Positions 27,251-40,150 of a DNA stretch of 64,000 nucleotides are shown here, piece after piece (position 1 is the first letter of the stretch; every line of letters starts with the position of its first letter). Both the position numbers and the translations under genes were made by a program. The DNA lies in contig NC_042998.1 in the NCBI RefSeq assembly GCF_006345805.1, positions 82,212,001 to 82,276,000 on the forward strand, given 5' to 3'. Under the pieces are notes generated by a model that was not told where the DNA came from, ran no database searches, and saw only the letters and a program-made list of their open reading frames with translations. The DNA is from Octopus sinensis (lineage: Eukaryota).

Positions 27251-30030
27251 CACACATCAAAACACTGGATCACATAATTGAAAATTATTGTGGCAAGGCT
27301 GATGAGGATGTAGGGGACGAAAAAGAGAAGGAAGCCGGAAGTCTCTGTGATCCAGGGGTTCCTCAGGAAAATGGATCACCTACCCCGGTGAACGACCAGG
27401 TAGTGAAGGATAGGGGAGCCAAGGGAGCAGAAGCCGGAAGCCTCCCTGTACCAGTGGTCCAACAAAGAAATGAAAAATTAGAAAAGCAGAAGAAAAAAGG
27501 AAGGACCGAAAACAAAAATGAGGGAAAAGGAGGAAAAGGCAAAACAACCAAAGCTGAAACCCCAACCCACCACACAAACAGCAGAGAACCCCATTGCCAC
27601 CCAGTACACTTCAGAAATAATAGAGCTGTCTATGTTTGGGCCAAAAGTAACCAGAGACATACAGCCTAAAGAAGCACTCGAAATCTCTCCAATCTGAACT
27701 TCCATAAAGCAGATTGGAAATCGATCCAAAAAGAGATCCTCAGAGAGGACTGGCCGGAATGTCTCTGCACACCAGACATTGATATGAAACTAGAATGTTT
27801 CATGTCTTCTGTGCAAGCCGTATGCCAGAAATATGTCCCAGAGCACAAGGCCAAAACAAATAGGAGCAATATTCCAAGAGACAGGAAGATCCTCATGAGA
27901 CGACGGACGAAGGCTGCAAATCAACTCAACCAACATCCCAAAAGTAGCGAAACGTCCCGCCTAAAAACAACACTGATGGAGATCAAAAAAAGGCTGCAAC
28001 TATCCTATGTGAAGGAGAAAGCAGACAAAGAAGCTTGGGTTATAAAAAATATTAAATCAAACCAAAGGCCTTCTTTCATTACGTGAAAGAAGCAGTCTTA
28101 GTGCACTACAAGATAGGACCCCTCCTCCAAAAAGATGGCTCCCTCACAGACAGTCCAACTAAGATCAGTGAGATGCTGAATGACCAGTTCAAAAATGTCT
28201 TTACCACTCCTTTGGAACACAGACAAGTGAACGAACCAGTGGACTTTTTTGCCGCTTCACCTATAAACAGCGAGGCGGTTACAATAGAACGTATTGACAT
28301 TAGCGAAAAAGATGTCCTACTAGCCATAGATGAAGTGGAGACAAACTCAGCTGCTGGTCCAGATGGTTTCCCAGCCATCCTCCACAAAGCGTGTAAGCAT
28401 GCCCTGGCAAAACCCCTCAAGATTCTCTTCCAGAGCTTAGTAGCGAATGGCAAACTGCCAAGCAAGCTGAAGGAGGGAATAATATGCCCAATACATAAAG
28501 GGGGAAGTAGAGAGATGCCAAAAACTATAGGCCTATCTCTCTGACTTCACACATCAGCAAAGTCATGGAACGGATAGTCAGAAAGAAACTAATCGCATTC
28601 CTTGAGGAAAATAACTTGTTGAGTGATACCCAGCATGGTTTTCGACCAGATAGGAGCTGCTTGACCTAGCTCTTACAACATTATGACTGGGTGTTGAGGC
28701 AGTTACTCAACAAATCAAATGTGGATGTAATCTACCTTGATTTTGCAAAAGCTTTTGACAAGGTGGATCATGGTATGATATGTCACAAACTGCGTGACCT
28801 CGGCATAGCTGGAAAACTTGGAGTGTGGTTACATGACTTCCTGAAAGATAGGAGTCAGGCAGTAGTGGTTAATGGAGCCACCTCTATGAACACACAAATA
28901 GTGAGCGGTGTTCCGCAGGGACCACTGCTTTTTATAGTGGCCCTCTCAGATATGCCCTCAAATGCCCGGATAGATAGACAAATATAACAAAATAATTTGA
29001 TAAAAAATGTGAATTTTTAATTATTTTCTGAGATTTTACAAAAACAACAGCTATGCAGACGATACGAAAGTCTCGCAGAAAATACACAACCCCAGCGATG
29101 TTGCACACCTGCAGCATGAGTTGGACTCAATCTACAGATGGGCTGAGGATAATAATATGCAGTTTAATGCTGAAAAATTCCAGGCCCTGCGCTACCTGCA
29201 TCCAAAACTGAATATTAAACTTACAGGATACACCGGTCCACAGGGAATTTCAATCCCAGAGCCTAAGTCTGTGAGGGACCTGGGTATCGACATGAGTGAT
29301 GATACCTCTTTCCAAGTGCACATTACCAGGATGGCGACAAAGTGCAGACGACTGGCTGGGTGGATCCTAAGAACATTCAGAACCAGAGATAAGGAAACCA
29401 TGATGGTCCGCTGGCGGACATTCGTCCTCAGCCGCCTGGATTACTGCTCACAGCTATGGTCACCCACCAGTGTAAAATTAACAGCGGACCTTGAAGCAAA
29501 CCAGAGAAGATTCACAAAGAAGATTGTCTCTTTGCAACAGCTCAGCTACTGGGAAAGGTTGAAACAGCTAAGACTCTACTCCCCGGAGAGAAGACAGGAG
29601 AGGTATGCAGTAATATATGTCTGGAAGATCCTGGAAGGAATTGTGCCAAATTTTGGCATTGTAAGCTACACCAATGCTAGAACGGGACGACACTGCATAG
29701 TGCCAAAGATCCCAGCAATGCCATCACGCCTCAGGACCAGCTTCTGCAACAGCCTGGTTTCAAGGGCCCACAGCTTTTTAATATTCTCCCAAAGAATCTG
29801 AGGAACTTGCACAAAGTAGATGTAGCGGTTTTTAAATCAAAGCTGGACAACTTCCTGTCGAGAGTCCCAGATGAACCTACCTCACGGCAAGAGGTGCCAA
29901 TGAGAGTAGCTATATCAAACTCCATTCTTCACCAACTGCCACATATTAGACGAGGTTCGTCGCAATAACAGTATAGCACAAAACGGCGGTGCATCAGCAT
30001 GGCCGCAGCTCTGAACAGAAACTAGAGAGA
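27246..30030 (+). mobile_element. CR1-like non-LTR retrotransposon, internally deleted and disrupted
   Basis: NFHKADW, NSAAGPDGFP, QHGFRP, DVIYLDFAKAFDKVDH, SGVPQG, YADDTK, SRLDYCSQLWSP, SYWERLKQLRLYS; multiple frameshifts and stops. Confidence 0.93.
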
Positions 30031-30099
30031 AAAAAAAATATATATATATATATATTTATATGTATAATTATTTTTCAATTGAAAAGTACAGAAATCCTG

Positions 30100-31190
30100 T
30101 TTGAGTAGATAAAGATTGTTTAGTCCATTACAATATGTACTATGTACAGAGTCAACCGGTTACGCTTTACTAATCATGACTCAATGTTATGATATCATAA
30201 GGTTTTGATTAATCCTGTGTAGGTATGGTATAGTTTTGCTTGTTATGCACGAGAGTACAACTCAAGGGGGATAATGTTTTGTTTTTTTAGCTAAAGAGAA
30301 AAATAAGGAAAAACAGTATTTCTGAGCTAAAGGGACGTAAATCTTTTCTTCTATTATTTTATGGCTGCCTTTTTTTATTTTTGAAGTTCATTATATATTC
30401 ATGTTAAATTCGGTTTTGTATTTTTCAATAAATGTAGCCTCTTGGTTTAGTTATTTTTTATTTGAGGCCTTTTCCGTGCATTGGCATAGTGGTTATATTG
30501 TGAATTGTGGTTGGCGTTCATTAGCACATCTGTCATATGTGGCCATTAAGAGGTATTTTACGGCATTGTGGGTGATAAATTTGTTGTTTGTGTTGTGTAG
30601 ACCTACGTCTTAGGAATATTCCTGTGGAACCTGTATAGTTCCTACTGCAACAGGAACATAACGAAGATGAGGTTTTCAGAGGCGAAAGTGAAGTCAGTTT
30701 TCATTTCAAATATTTGTCCTTATTTAAAATAGAATTCTGGACCTCCAATTATGTTGTAACATGTTCCACAGTTTGGTCGTTCACAGTGTTTAACTCTTGC
30801 TTCCATTACTTTTTAGTATAATTTTCTATTTGCGAGTGTCCACTTCAGTGATTTTGGCTGTTTGTTATTTTTAATAAGTTTATGGGTGCTTAGCATTTCA
30901 TATAGATTAGGGTCCTTATGTAGTATTGGAAGGTTTTGGATAATAGCCTTATAGGGTTCGTTGTTTCTGGGGTTGTATGTAGGTAATAATTTTAGGTAAT
31001 AATTCTAGAGTGGTTGTGTTATTTTGTTTGACATCATTAACTGTTTGTCTTTTACTTTTCTGGCATGTTTTATCCCATCAGGTATAAGCGAAGATGGGTA
31101 GTGTCCAGCTACAGTAGGCCTTAGTTTAAGGTCTCCTGGTGTCGGTATATGTATGTAGGACATCATTAATTTTTTTAATTGCCCCATCTA
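30100..31190 (-). mobile_element. Degraded Penelope-like element (linker, GIY-YIG and 3' UTR)
   Basis: Minus translation PTYNPRNNEP...RVKHCERPNCGTCYNIIGGPEFYF...MKTDFTFA parallels PLE1 5200-5560. Confidence 0.8.
30149..30182 (-). ncRNA. Decayed hammerhead-like motif, A3-U8 core (family F)
   Basis: Minus strand: GAGUC AUGAUUA GU aaa GC GUAAC CG GUU GACUC; 5-bp stem I; ACCGGU stem III; A13 lost. Confidence 0.45.
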
Positions 31191-31214
31191 CAATATAGCT
31201 TATATATATATATA

Positions 31215-31611
31215 TCTTTATATATAAAAGTGAAGTTGTGTGTCTGTCTCCTACAATTTAGATTCCTAACTACTCCCACATTTTGCGGTACAGTTTAAAC
31301 AAAACCGGCTATCTTATAGTCGTGATTCGTATCGAGCTCTTCTGGGTATTAGCGCGAGTCTACGATGAGTCTACGATTTAAAAAATAATTTACCATCATT
31401 TTTTCCATTTTAATGCAATTCTTTCGCTATTATATAAGAGAAGTAACTCTCTAAAAATGTCTACGATGAGTCAACGATTTAAAAAAACATTTACCATCAT
31501 TTTTGTTCCATTTTTAATGCATTGTTTTGCTATTTTTTGGCTATAACTCTCTAAAAATGCTTTATAGTTATTTCCCTTACAAACCCGAGCAACGCCGGGC
31601 GATACTGCTAG
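31215..31611 (+). mobile_element. Non-autonomous Helitron
   Basis: 5' TC(tttatatataaaag), 3' cccgagcaacgccggg hairpin then CTAG, between A and T. Confidence 0.82.
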
Positions 31612-31827
31612 TATATATATATATATTATATATATATATATATATAGCACAGGCAGAAAGAATTTTTCAACTGGCAAATACTGATAGAACCGATCTGTAA
31701 GGATTTTATCGTATATATGCTGTTCTATCAGTATTTACACGTTGAAAAATATATCTTTCTCCTTGTTCTACAGTACACTTAAGCGCTTGAAAAATAAACT
31801 TGTCCTTGTTTACATATAGCGTAATAA

Positions 31828-31895
<68 letters not shown>

Positions 31896-31913
31896 CATAT
31901 AATATTTATATTG

Positions 31914-32065
31914 ACAATTTAGGTTAGTTTAAATATGTTTGTCATATTTCAATTGCTAAGGGCAAATACACAGCAGTTACTGTGGAGTTCTCCATGAGAA
32001 ATGCAGTGTATTTGCCTTTAGCATTTGAAATATGTGACAAACATATTTCAACTAACCTAAATTGT
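31914..32065. repeat. MITE-like foldback with ~56-60-bp arms
   Basis: acaatttaggttag...gcaaatacac versus gtgtatttgc...ctaacctaaattgt. Confidence 0.85.
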
Positions 32066-33539
32066 GATTTTACATAAACAGTGCCAAGCGCATTTACTCC
32101 GATATATATATATAATTTTACACTAGCATTCAGATCAATAATAGACTAATTGGATTACAATAAAAATCTACAATATGCCCGCCAGGGGTGGTGTTTGAGG
32201 GTATTTCATAAGAAAAGGAGAGGGATACAAAGGGTATCAGTCGGAAGGAAACGCAGTAGCAGGTTGAGGGGGATACATATCAGGGAACGCGGGAACAGCG
32301 TTGTGTAAGAGACAAATATTGAATAGAAATGCGATGTAACGTTAATACAGCTGTCGTATACACATCACGCTGCATGCATACTTTTGTAAATACATAGACA
32401 CAGCACATTTACACACATATGCACACACATGCAAATACACACACGCACACACACGGAAAGGTGGGAATGATGAATACGTAGCTTTAAGGAGAGAGGGAGT
32501 ATTTGCCTTTTCTGAACTCCATCGCAAAATAAAAACACTCAGAAAAGACATACACCCGCACATGTACGTATATATAAATGTATAAATACATACGTACAAC
32601 TTACATGCATACGTACAACATACATACATACATATATTATATACACACATAACCCGATGCAGCTACTCCATTCAGATTACAAGTTCAAATTTATACCTGT
32701 AATTATTGGGTCATTGGCATATTTAACACACTGTCCAAATACCAATCTTGAGAAATTAGGCTTCCAAGACTACAGGTCCAATACATCACTGGAACTGTAA
32801 AAAAGTTTATTCTTTAAATATATATGAGCATGTCTATATATATACAACTCTGTGCATGACTATACATACATAAAGCAAAACATACAAATCTGCACATATA
32901 CATACATACTTATATACAAAAATACCCTCATCTTGATGTTGAGATTTGAATGAAAGAGCCTTGAATCTAAGTTAGAGATCCGCTCTTTCTCTATTGGAAA
33001 GAAATCTTGAAATAAAACTGAAAAATGACATACACATATACATATATATATACATACATACATACATACATACATACATACGTACAGATGTCTACTATAC
33101 ACCATTTTAAACTCGTGATCAACTGTTTGTATGTTTCTAAATGTGTGTGTGTGTATGTGTGTGTTTGTGACTGTTTGTGTGACCTCATATAACTGTCTGT
33201 CTCTCTACTTTTGTAGGGTCTTCTAATGTGAGATTTAAAAATTATGTTAAAATTTTCAATTTTGATATATTGAAAATTTTTCCGAGTTTTAATCTGATTT
33301 TATTATTTATTTGTCCCAGAAAAATTGCAGAAAAATGTTACTCAGGTTTAAAGTTTAATCAATTTTAGCTAATCAGAAAACAGGATTTGGAAGCATGCAT
33401 TCTCTACGTGATAGCTGGCATTTTCTGCATCATAATTGTTTATCACGAAATTAAAGCAAAATCATTAGGAGGAGGAATTTTTATTAAACAAATGAAGGCA
33501 GAGTATTACGACAACCAAAGTTGTAAGAACGTCTGAGGA

Positions 33540-33630
33540 ATAGCTTGCTTACCAACTACATGGTTCCGTATTCAATCCCAGTGCGTAGCACCTTGGGCCA
33601 GTGTTTCCTACTATCGCCTTAGCCATGCAG
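33540..33630 (+). mobile_element. SINE family A head fragment
   Basis: tagcttgcttaccaactacatggttccgtattcaatcccagtgcgtagcaccttggg. Confidence 0.7.
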
Positions 33631-33732
33631 AACTGGCGACAAACATTACTAGTTATATGTGTATGTATATATATATGTGTGTATGTGTGTGTCTGTGTGT
33701 GTGTGTGTGTGTGTATGCATATATGTATATAT

Positions 33733-34285
33733 ATGGTGGCTTCCCCCTCGTTATCGGGTATGGCCATTGCACGAAGCTTAATCAATGTTGTTATCGTGCA
33801 ATGCCTGCGCAAGAAGATTTTTTTAAGTGAGGAAAGCCTGTGCACTGAGTCAATCCCACTCACTGAGCAACAGCAGCCTTAATCCGAAAAGAAGAACAAG
33901 TCAACATCATCGGTAACCACTGAGCCACAGATTTTATGTCGGAGTTATCCCAGTTACCTGAGTTACGTTCTCCTAGAAGGATGCCCTAACAATGGCTAGG
34001 AGTCCTTCACTCCCAATGGTTTAACCGCGCGATCGGGTATTCAGTCCGATTATTTCTATGTCCCCGCGCATGATACAGCCTTAAGACATTTATTCGATGG
34101 CCGTTGACTCTCATGAGTTCCTCCGCCCTTTGACGGGTTTTGTTTTTCATCCCGCAGGGTGTCCAGTAAACACTCTCTTCACTAAGCAAGCTTCGTGGGG
34201 TTGCCGGTTTAGTCGCCGACGACCCGACTATGCAACATGTTGTACTGGGTTACATGTTACCAGTAGCACGCGAAAGTGACCTGAC
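33733..34285 (-). mobile_element. Second copy of the RTE-5'UTR-like element
   Basis: Reverse complement of 10407-10963 with the same termini; microsatellite flanks. Confidence 0.8.
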
Positions 34286-34310
34286 ATATATATATATACA
34301 CACATATACA

Positions 34311-34346
<36 letters not shown>

Positions 34347-35479
34347 TATTCAGGCATACACTTTCACAAAACCACATATACACGTTGAACTGCAGCCACG
34401 CTGAAAAACCGCCTTCCAGAGTTTAGTCAAATGAATTGGAAGAGTCGTTATATCCCTGCATAAAATATCCTTGTAGTAATTGTGGCAGCTCTTTACATTC
34501 TGATTTCATACCCCACCGAGGGCAGCTTTGTCTATCATCTGTACATGTTCGATAAAATTAGTAACCTTCCAGTAGTGATAGCAATATAGCATTATAATCA
34601 GTTATTTGCCATCGTTATTAAATTTCGAGCTTCGTCTTTAAATAAGAATTTATTAATATCATCTTCGATATCAATGATGCAGATAATTGAAAGTAATGTT
34701 TCCCTCATATGATATGCAAGAAATGTCTTAGGTTTGTAATCTCACCCACTTTTATCACAGTCTTGAGATTAAAACTTCCAATATGCTTATCGTTGCATTC
34801 ATTTGAATTCTTATCTTAATTCATTCTGTGTTTCTGTAATTTTAAGATAGTGTCCTTGTATTATCAGATTATTTAATATTTAATTTCGTTACGTAACTAA
34901 ATATAGAGAGAATATGCTGTTATATCTCACTGATCTTCTATTTACTTATGTCATTGATCAATCTATTTAGAGACAAAGTAAGACTACATATGTAGAATTA
35001 GATGTATTGGCTCTCCAACATGTATGATCGGAATAGAATTTAAAGTAAATCAAACGTGATATAATGGTGTTTATAGAGCTTCTTAAAATATACGTCTTGC
35101 AAAGGTGACAAATATTGAATCAGTAATTATCTATTTGTAATCTTACAAAGCATCATTTCCTGAGAGAAACACGTAATTTTAATTTCATCAAAGAATTGTA
35201 ATACTTATGAATACAATGGATTAATGCCCGAACATAATGCATTAAGATTTAATTACCGTCATATGATCTAAGGTAAAATTTATAATTTCTGTAAGCCGAT
35301 ACTTATCACATTGCCATCATATACAGTGTGCAGCAGGAGACAGTGAGGGAATAATTACGAGGCCACTTTACCTCCTAGTAATAGCAGCTAAATACATTTC
35401 ATTAATGTCTTGCTATCGTCACACAATTACATGTAAGGGAAAATAATTTCAATATGCAATAAGTCGTGATCATTAAAAC

Positions 35480-35600
35480 AGTATGACTTTGATATTGTTT
35501 GTTTGACTTGGTGCTAATTTGTTACAACTCAAGTCTTTCGAGCCTGCGCTCTTCAACAGAAAGGAATAAGGGAAAATAAATAGAGAGAATTTTTAAAATG
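35480..35600 (-). mobile_element. Family D 3' end fragment
   Basis: Minus strand cctttCTGTTGAAGAGCGCAGGCTCGAAA with the stem III segment deleted. Confidence 0.55.
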
Positions 35601-35639
35601 TGTGGATTTAGCGATCAAGCATCTATTTCTTTCTTTTCT

Positions 35640-35851
35640 TTCTTTTACTTGTTTCAGTCATTTGACTGCGGCCATGCTGGAGCAGCGCCTTTAGTCGAGC
35701 AAATCGACCCCAGGATTTATTCTTTGTAAGCCCAGTACTTATTCTATCGGTCTGTTTTTGCCGAACCGCTAAGTGACGGAGACATAAACAGACCAGCATC
35801 GGTGGTCAAGCAATGCTAGGGGGACAAACACAGACACACAAACATATACAA

Positions 35852-35884
<33 letters not shown>

Positions 35885-36056
35885 CATATATACGACAGGC
35901 TTCTTTCAGTTTCCGTCTACCAAATCCACTCACAAGGCATTGGTTGGCCTGGGGCTATAGCAGAAGACACTTGCCCAAGATGCCACGCAGTGGGACTGAA
36001 CCCGGAACCATGTGGTCGGTAAACAAGCTACTTATCACACAGCCACCCCTGCGCCT
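35640..36056 (-). mobile_element. SINE family A, full length
   Basis: Matches 21645-22058. Confidence 0.92.
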
Positions 36057-36065
36057 ATCTATCTC

Positions 36066-36102
<37 letters not shown>

Positions 36103-36148
36103 TTATCTATCTATCTCTTCTTCTCTCTCCCCCCTCTCTCTCTCTGTA

Positions 36149-36224
<76 letters not shown>

Positions 36225-37225
36225 CACAAATATATATACATATATACCTTAAATTGCATGCCAACTATGCTGGTGAGAATCGAAATCAGTAGATTTCGAA
36301 CGGTCCGCCACGGAATTAAAAACAATCTTAAAGATGTTTTTTTTATACAGTTCTTTAATAATGCTCTTGACTTTAAAACGCAGTTATGTTTGAACTCTCC
36401 ATCAAAAATGGAACTACTGATATAATTATACAAAATATGCCAATAGCATAGTGATGTTTTTTTGTCTCCATCAAGAGTTAAGTAAAACGAAATCATACTT
36501 TATATTTATATTAGTGCTATATACACGTAATAGATTACATCATATGCTCGTATATATATTGATAAATATGTAATGTGTTTATATGAGAATGTTCTGAATT
36601 TTTAGAAAGCAGTTTTCCCCGCTTTCATGGTTATTATGTTATTGTAAGCGGTTGGAATTTGTTCTAACTTCCAGTTAGTTCTTATGCGTACTAATAGTGT
36701 TGTACTTATTTCTGTGACGATATTAAAATCTTACGTAAATTTCTGTTTTAATCAAAATAAATTTGATAACGATTCATACGTCTCAAGTTTCATTTGATCT
36801 GCGTATTGAAAATAAAATTTATATACAAGTATAAAATGCGCAGGTAATACGAGGCAAATATAAATCATATTCCTTTTTACATTCGGGAAATATGGAAGCA
36901 TAACACTGTTTAATATACTCCAGTTTGGATTTCAAGTAAGATCATTGAACCATTTGAAATGCATGTTAATTCGGCATAAGTAGTAAATGATAACCAACTG
37001 GGAGTATGTTTTATATCTAATAACTTCAGCATGAAAAACTTTCAGTTTGAAATATGTATCACATGATTAAAATATGTTATTTCAAAAAGAAATAGTTTTA
37101 AAGGTTAACTTGATGTAATTGTATAACGAATGGTTTCGTAAGTTTAATGAAGAAAGATATGATATATTGTCTTCAGGTAATCGTATTTACAATCTTTTAA
37201 TATAGAGATTACAATTAAATAGTAT

Positions 37226-37770
37226 GGAGGCGCGTGTCTTAGTGGTTAGCGTGTCAGCATGACGATCGTAAGATTGTGGTTTCGATTCCTGGACCGGGCG
37301 ACGCGTTGTGTTCTTGAGCAAAACACTTCATTTCAAGTTGCTCCAGTCCACTCAGCTGGCGAAAATAAGTAACGCTGCGATGGACTGGCGTCCCCTCCAC
37401 CTGCGGAACACATACACCATTGAAACCGAGAAACCGGGCCCATGAGCCTGGTTAGGCTTTGAAAGGGTGCAAGTGGAGGCACAATGACCCAGTGGTTAGG
37501 GCAGCGAACTCGTAGTCGGAGGATCGCGGTTTCGATTGCCAGACTGTGTGTGTTTATTGAGTGAAAACACCTAAAACCGCCATGAGGCTCCAACGGGGGT
37601 GGTGGGGTTAACCCCTGTTGTACTCTTTCGCCCCAACTTTCTCTCACTCTTTCTTCCTGTTTCCTGAGAATCTCTGCGATGGACTGGCGTCCCGTCCAGC
37701 TGGGGGAAAGATATACGCCATGAGAAACCGGGAAACCGGGCCAATGAGTCTGGCTAGGCTTGAAAAAAGC
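37226..37770 (+). mobile_element. Head-to-tail pair of family B SINEs (two subfamilies)
   Basis: Heads at 37226 (ggaggcgcgtg..tagtggttag) and about 37476 (ggaggcacaatg..cagtggttag); both end in ctgcgatggactggcgtccc...aaaccgggcc. Confidence 0.85.
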
Positions 37771-38062
37771 GCAAAAAAAATAATAATTAAATAGTAAACA
37801 TGATGAACACTAGTAATGAATTGAAGCAAGTGTAAAACTTTTCTGTCTCTTTCTAGATCTTTTCATCACAAATTTTATTTGATAGTGGACATTACAAATA
37901 GCAATCGGAAATACCACTAAAACTAAGACTGGTTATATAACGTATCATGCACTCCAAGTAATCTCATTTTAACTCAGTTAAAAATCACTAAAGACAGAAT
38001 GAGCACAGACACCGTATCGTTATTTCTCTGTAAAATAGTTGTGCATAATATCTAATATTATA

Positions 38063-38446
38063 TCTCTCTCTATATAAACGGCAGTTTGTCTGTGCGTTTT
38101 CTGTGTGTCTGTTTTCTCGTACCCTCACTCTGACCACGGCTTTCAACCGATTCTGATGAAACTTGACACACACATAGCCCAATGTCATAATTCAAAACTA
38201 ACGCAGCGAAAATTTTGAAAAGTTCCCCCCAGTTCTGAAAAAAATCGATAAATTCGACATGGGGTCGAGAATCAGAAACCCAAACCACAGACTGTCTAGG
38301 GGACGCAACTCCACCTTTTTTAACTCTCAAAAAAATTTACCATAATTTTTTTTCCATTTTTTTGCTATTTTTTGGCTATAACTCTCTAAAAATGCTTTAT
38401 AGTTATTTCCCTTACAAACCTGAGCAACGCCGGGCGATACTGCTAG
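38063..38446 (+). mobile_element. Non-autonomous Helitron
   Basis: 5' TC(tctctctatataaacggc); 3' about 100 bp shared with 31215-31611, ending gcaacgccgggcgatactgCTAG. Confidence 0.82.
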
Positions 38447-38959
38447 TCTAATATATTTTAGATGAAAAATAATTAGCAATTTACGTCATGTTTCATGTCA
38501 TGTATTAAATATTGAACCGAGATGGAAGTTTTGAGACACAAAAATAATGGTTTCTCTTTTGTAAGGAAAATATTTTTATACAGTTAATGATCACACGAAG
38601 GGACTGTACCTGAGGGCTTCATAGCTCCCTGGAAACCGATAACATCGATAGGGTTGGATTTCCTCTTGAAACAACACCGCACAATAACCACAAGAAATGA
38701 AAGAATCCGGTGGAATGACATTCAAGGGAGAAAGGAGTAGATAAAGCGCTTAGTGAAGTGGCTGATGTGAACACACAGACGATATAAAGTAGTAAAAAAA
38801 TACGAATGAGTTACGTGGCTCTGAGTGGAATAGGAAAACTACTACACGTCTCCAAGAAGCAGACGTCACTGAAGTACTGGTTGGTCTGCGGTCGGGTTGT
38901 GTTGGTAAGTGAGGCTATTGGGTTATCTTATCTAGTCTAGAACGTTCGAATGAAACGCT

Positions 38960-40150
38960 GAAAGATAATATTTCTGGAGATGTGACCGGCCTCTTCATGA
39001 CCTGGTGGGACAGAAAACTTATACAAAATTTAGCAGAACAGTCCACAACTCTTCTACTCTACAGTAGATATGTAGATGAAATTGATAGCATAGTTAGGAC
39101 CAACTCTAGTGGCGGTAGTGCAGAAACTGAGAAGAACATAATGGAGAGCACCCAGCAAATAGCTAACTCCATCCACCAAAGAATCAAGGTAACTGTAGAT
39201 TACCCCACTAAGCACCCCAGCAATAGTCTCCCTGTAATTGATACTGAAATTTGGTTAGAGACTATGAACAATAGAGTGCAGCTCCTCCATTCCCATTACA
39301 TGAAACCCATAGCTTCAAAATACGTTGTTCACAAGAACTCAGTTTTGTCACACATCATGAAAATTAACATACTAATAGCAGACCTAGTAAGAATAATAAA
39401 CAATGTGTACCCACTATGCGAACTCTGTGAAACGAAAAGTATATACAGAATTACATGCACCGCATGCAGTTCTCTGGTTATGATCAGAAAGATAGGGTTC
39501 GAGTATACAGGGGTGGGGGGGGCTAGAAAGGAATTAAATAACATACGTAATGATACCTGTGGTACCTGCCCTAGATATAGAAACAAACAATCGAATAGGA
39601 TACAAAGAAATTGTGACAAAGCAAACAGGGCGAACACGTGGTATAAAACTGACAAATATCAAAGAGTGATGTTTGTAGAGGCCACTGCCCATGCAGAACT
39701 AGCCCGTAGATTTAGAAAAGCTCTAAAGGAGACCAAACTCAACATTAATATTGTTGAAAAGCCAGGGAACCCCGTCAGATCACAATTATATAGGAGTACC
39801 CATTTGAGAATACCATATGCACCAATGATAACTGCATGGTATGTAGGGTTAGCCCTGTCATTAACTGTAGAACTAGAAATGTAGTTTACAGCATAATATG
39901 CATAGAAGGTGATTGTAAAGATATGAACAAGACATACATAGGGGAGACATCTAGGAGCAATGCAGAACGACAAAATGAACATCTGAGACAATATGTCTAC
40001 CAACATGCCAAAGGCCAACATGGAGGCAACCTGGGTCAACTTGACATCTGCATCTTATCCAATCACCCAAAAGGCCTAACACTCAGACAAATAGGTGAGC
40101 ACGACCTTATAAATGGAACTTCCCCAATACTAAATAGGAAATATACATAG
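38960..40150 (+). mobile_element. Penelope-like element remnant (PLE2): RT C-terminus, Cys-rich linker and GIY-YIG
   Basis: ORF 38982-39884 YSRYVDEI, VTVDYPTKHPSNSLPVIDTEIW, HYMKPIASKY; next frame CMVC...NCRTRNVVYSIICIEGDC...TYIGETSRSNAERQNEH. Confidence 0.88.

Noticed and set aside
27160-27669. 169-aa Lys/Glu-rich ORF as a host gene
   Set aside because: It starts in a SINE tail and microsatellite and runs into LINE sequence; best explained as a LINE ORF1 remnant
38600-38655. Hammerhead-like gtacCTGAGGG..CCCTGGAAACCGATA upstream of PLE2
   Set aside because: The core is too short, there is no GUH site and no stem I partner; at most a heavily decayed relic
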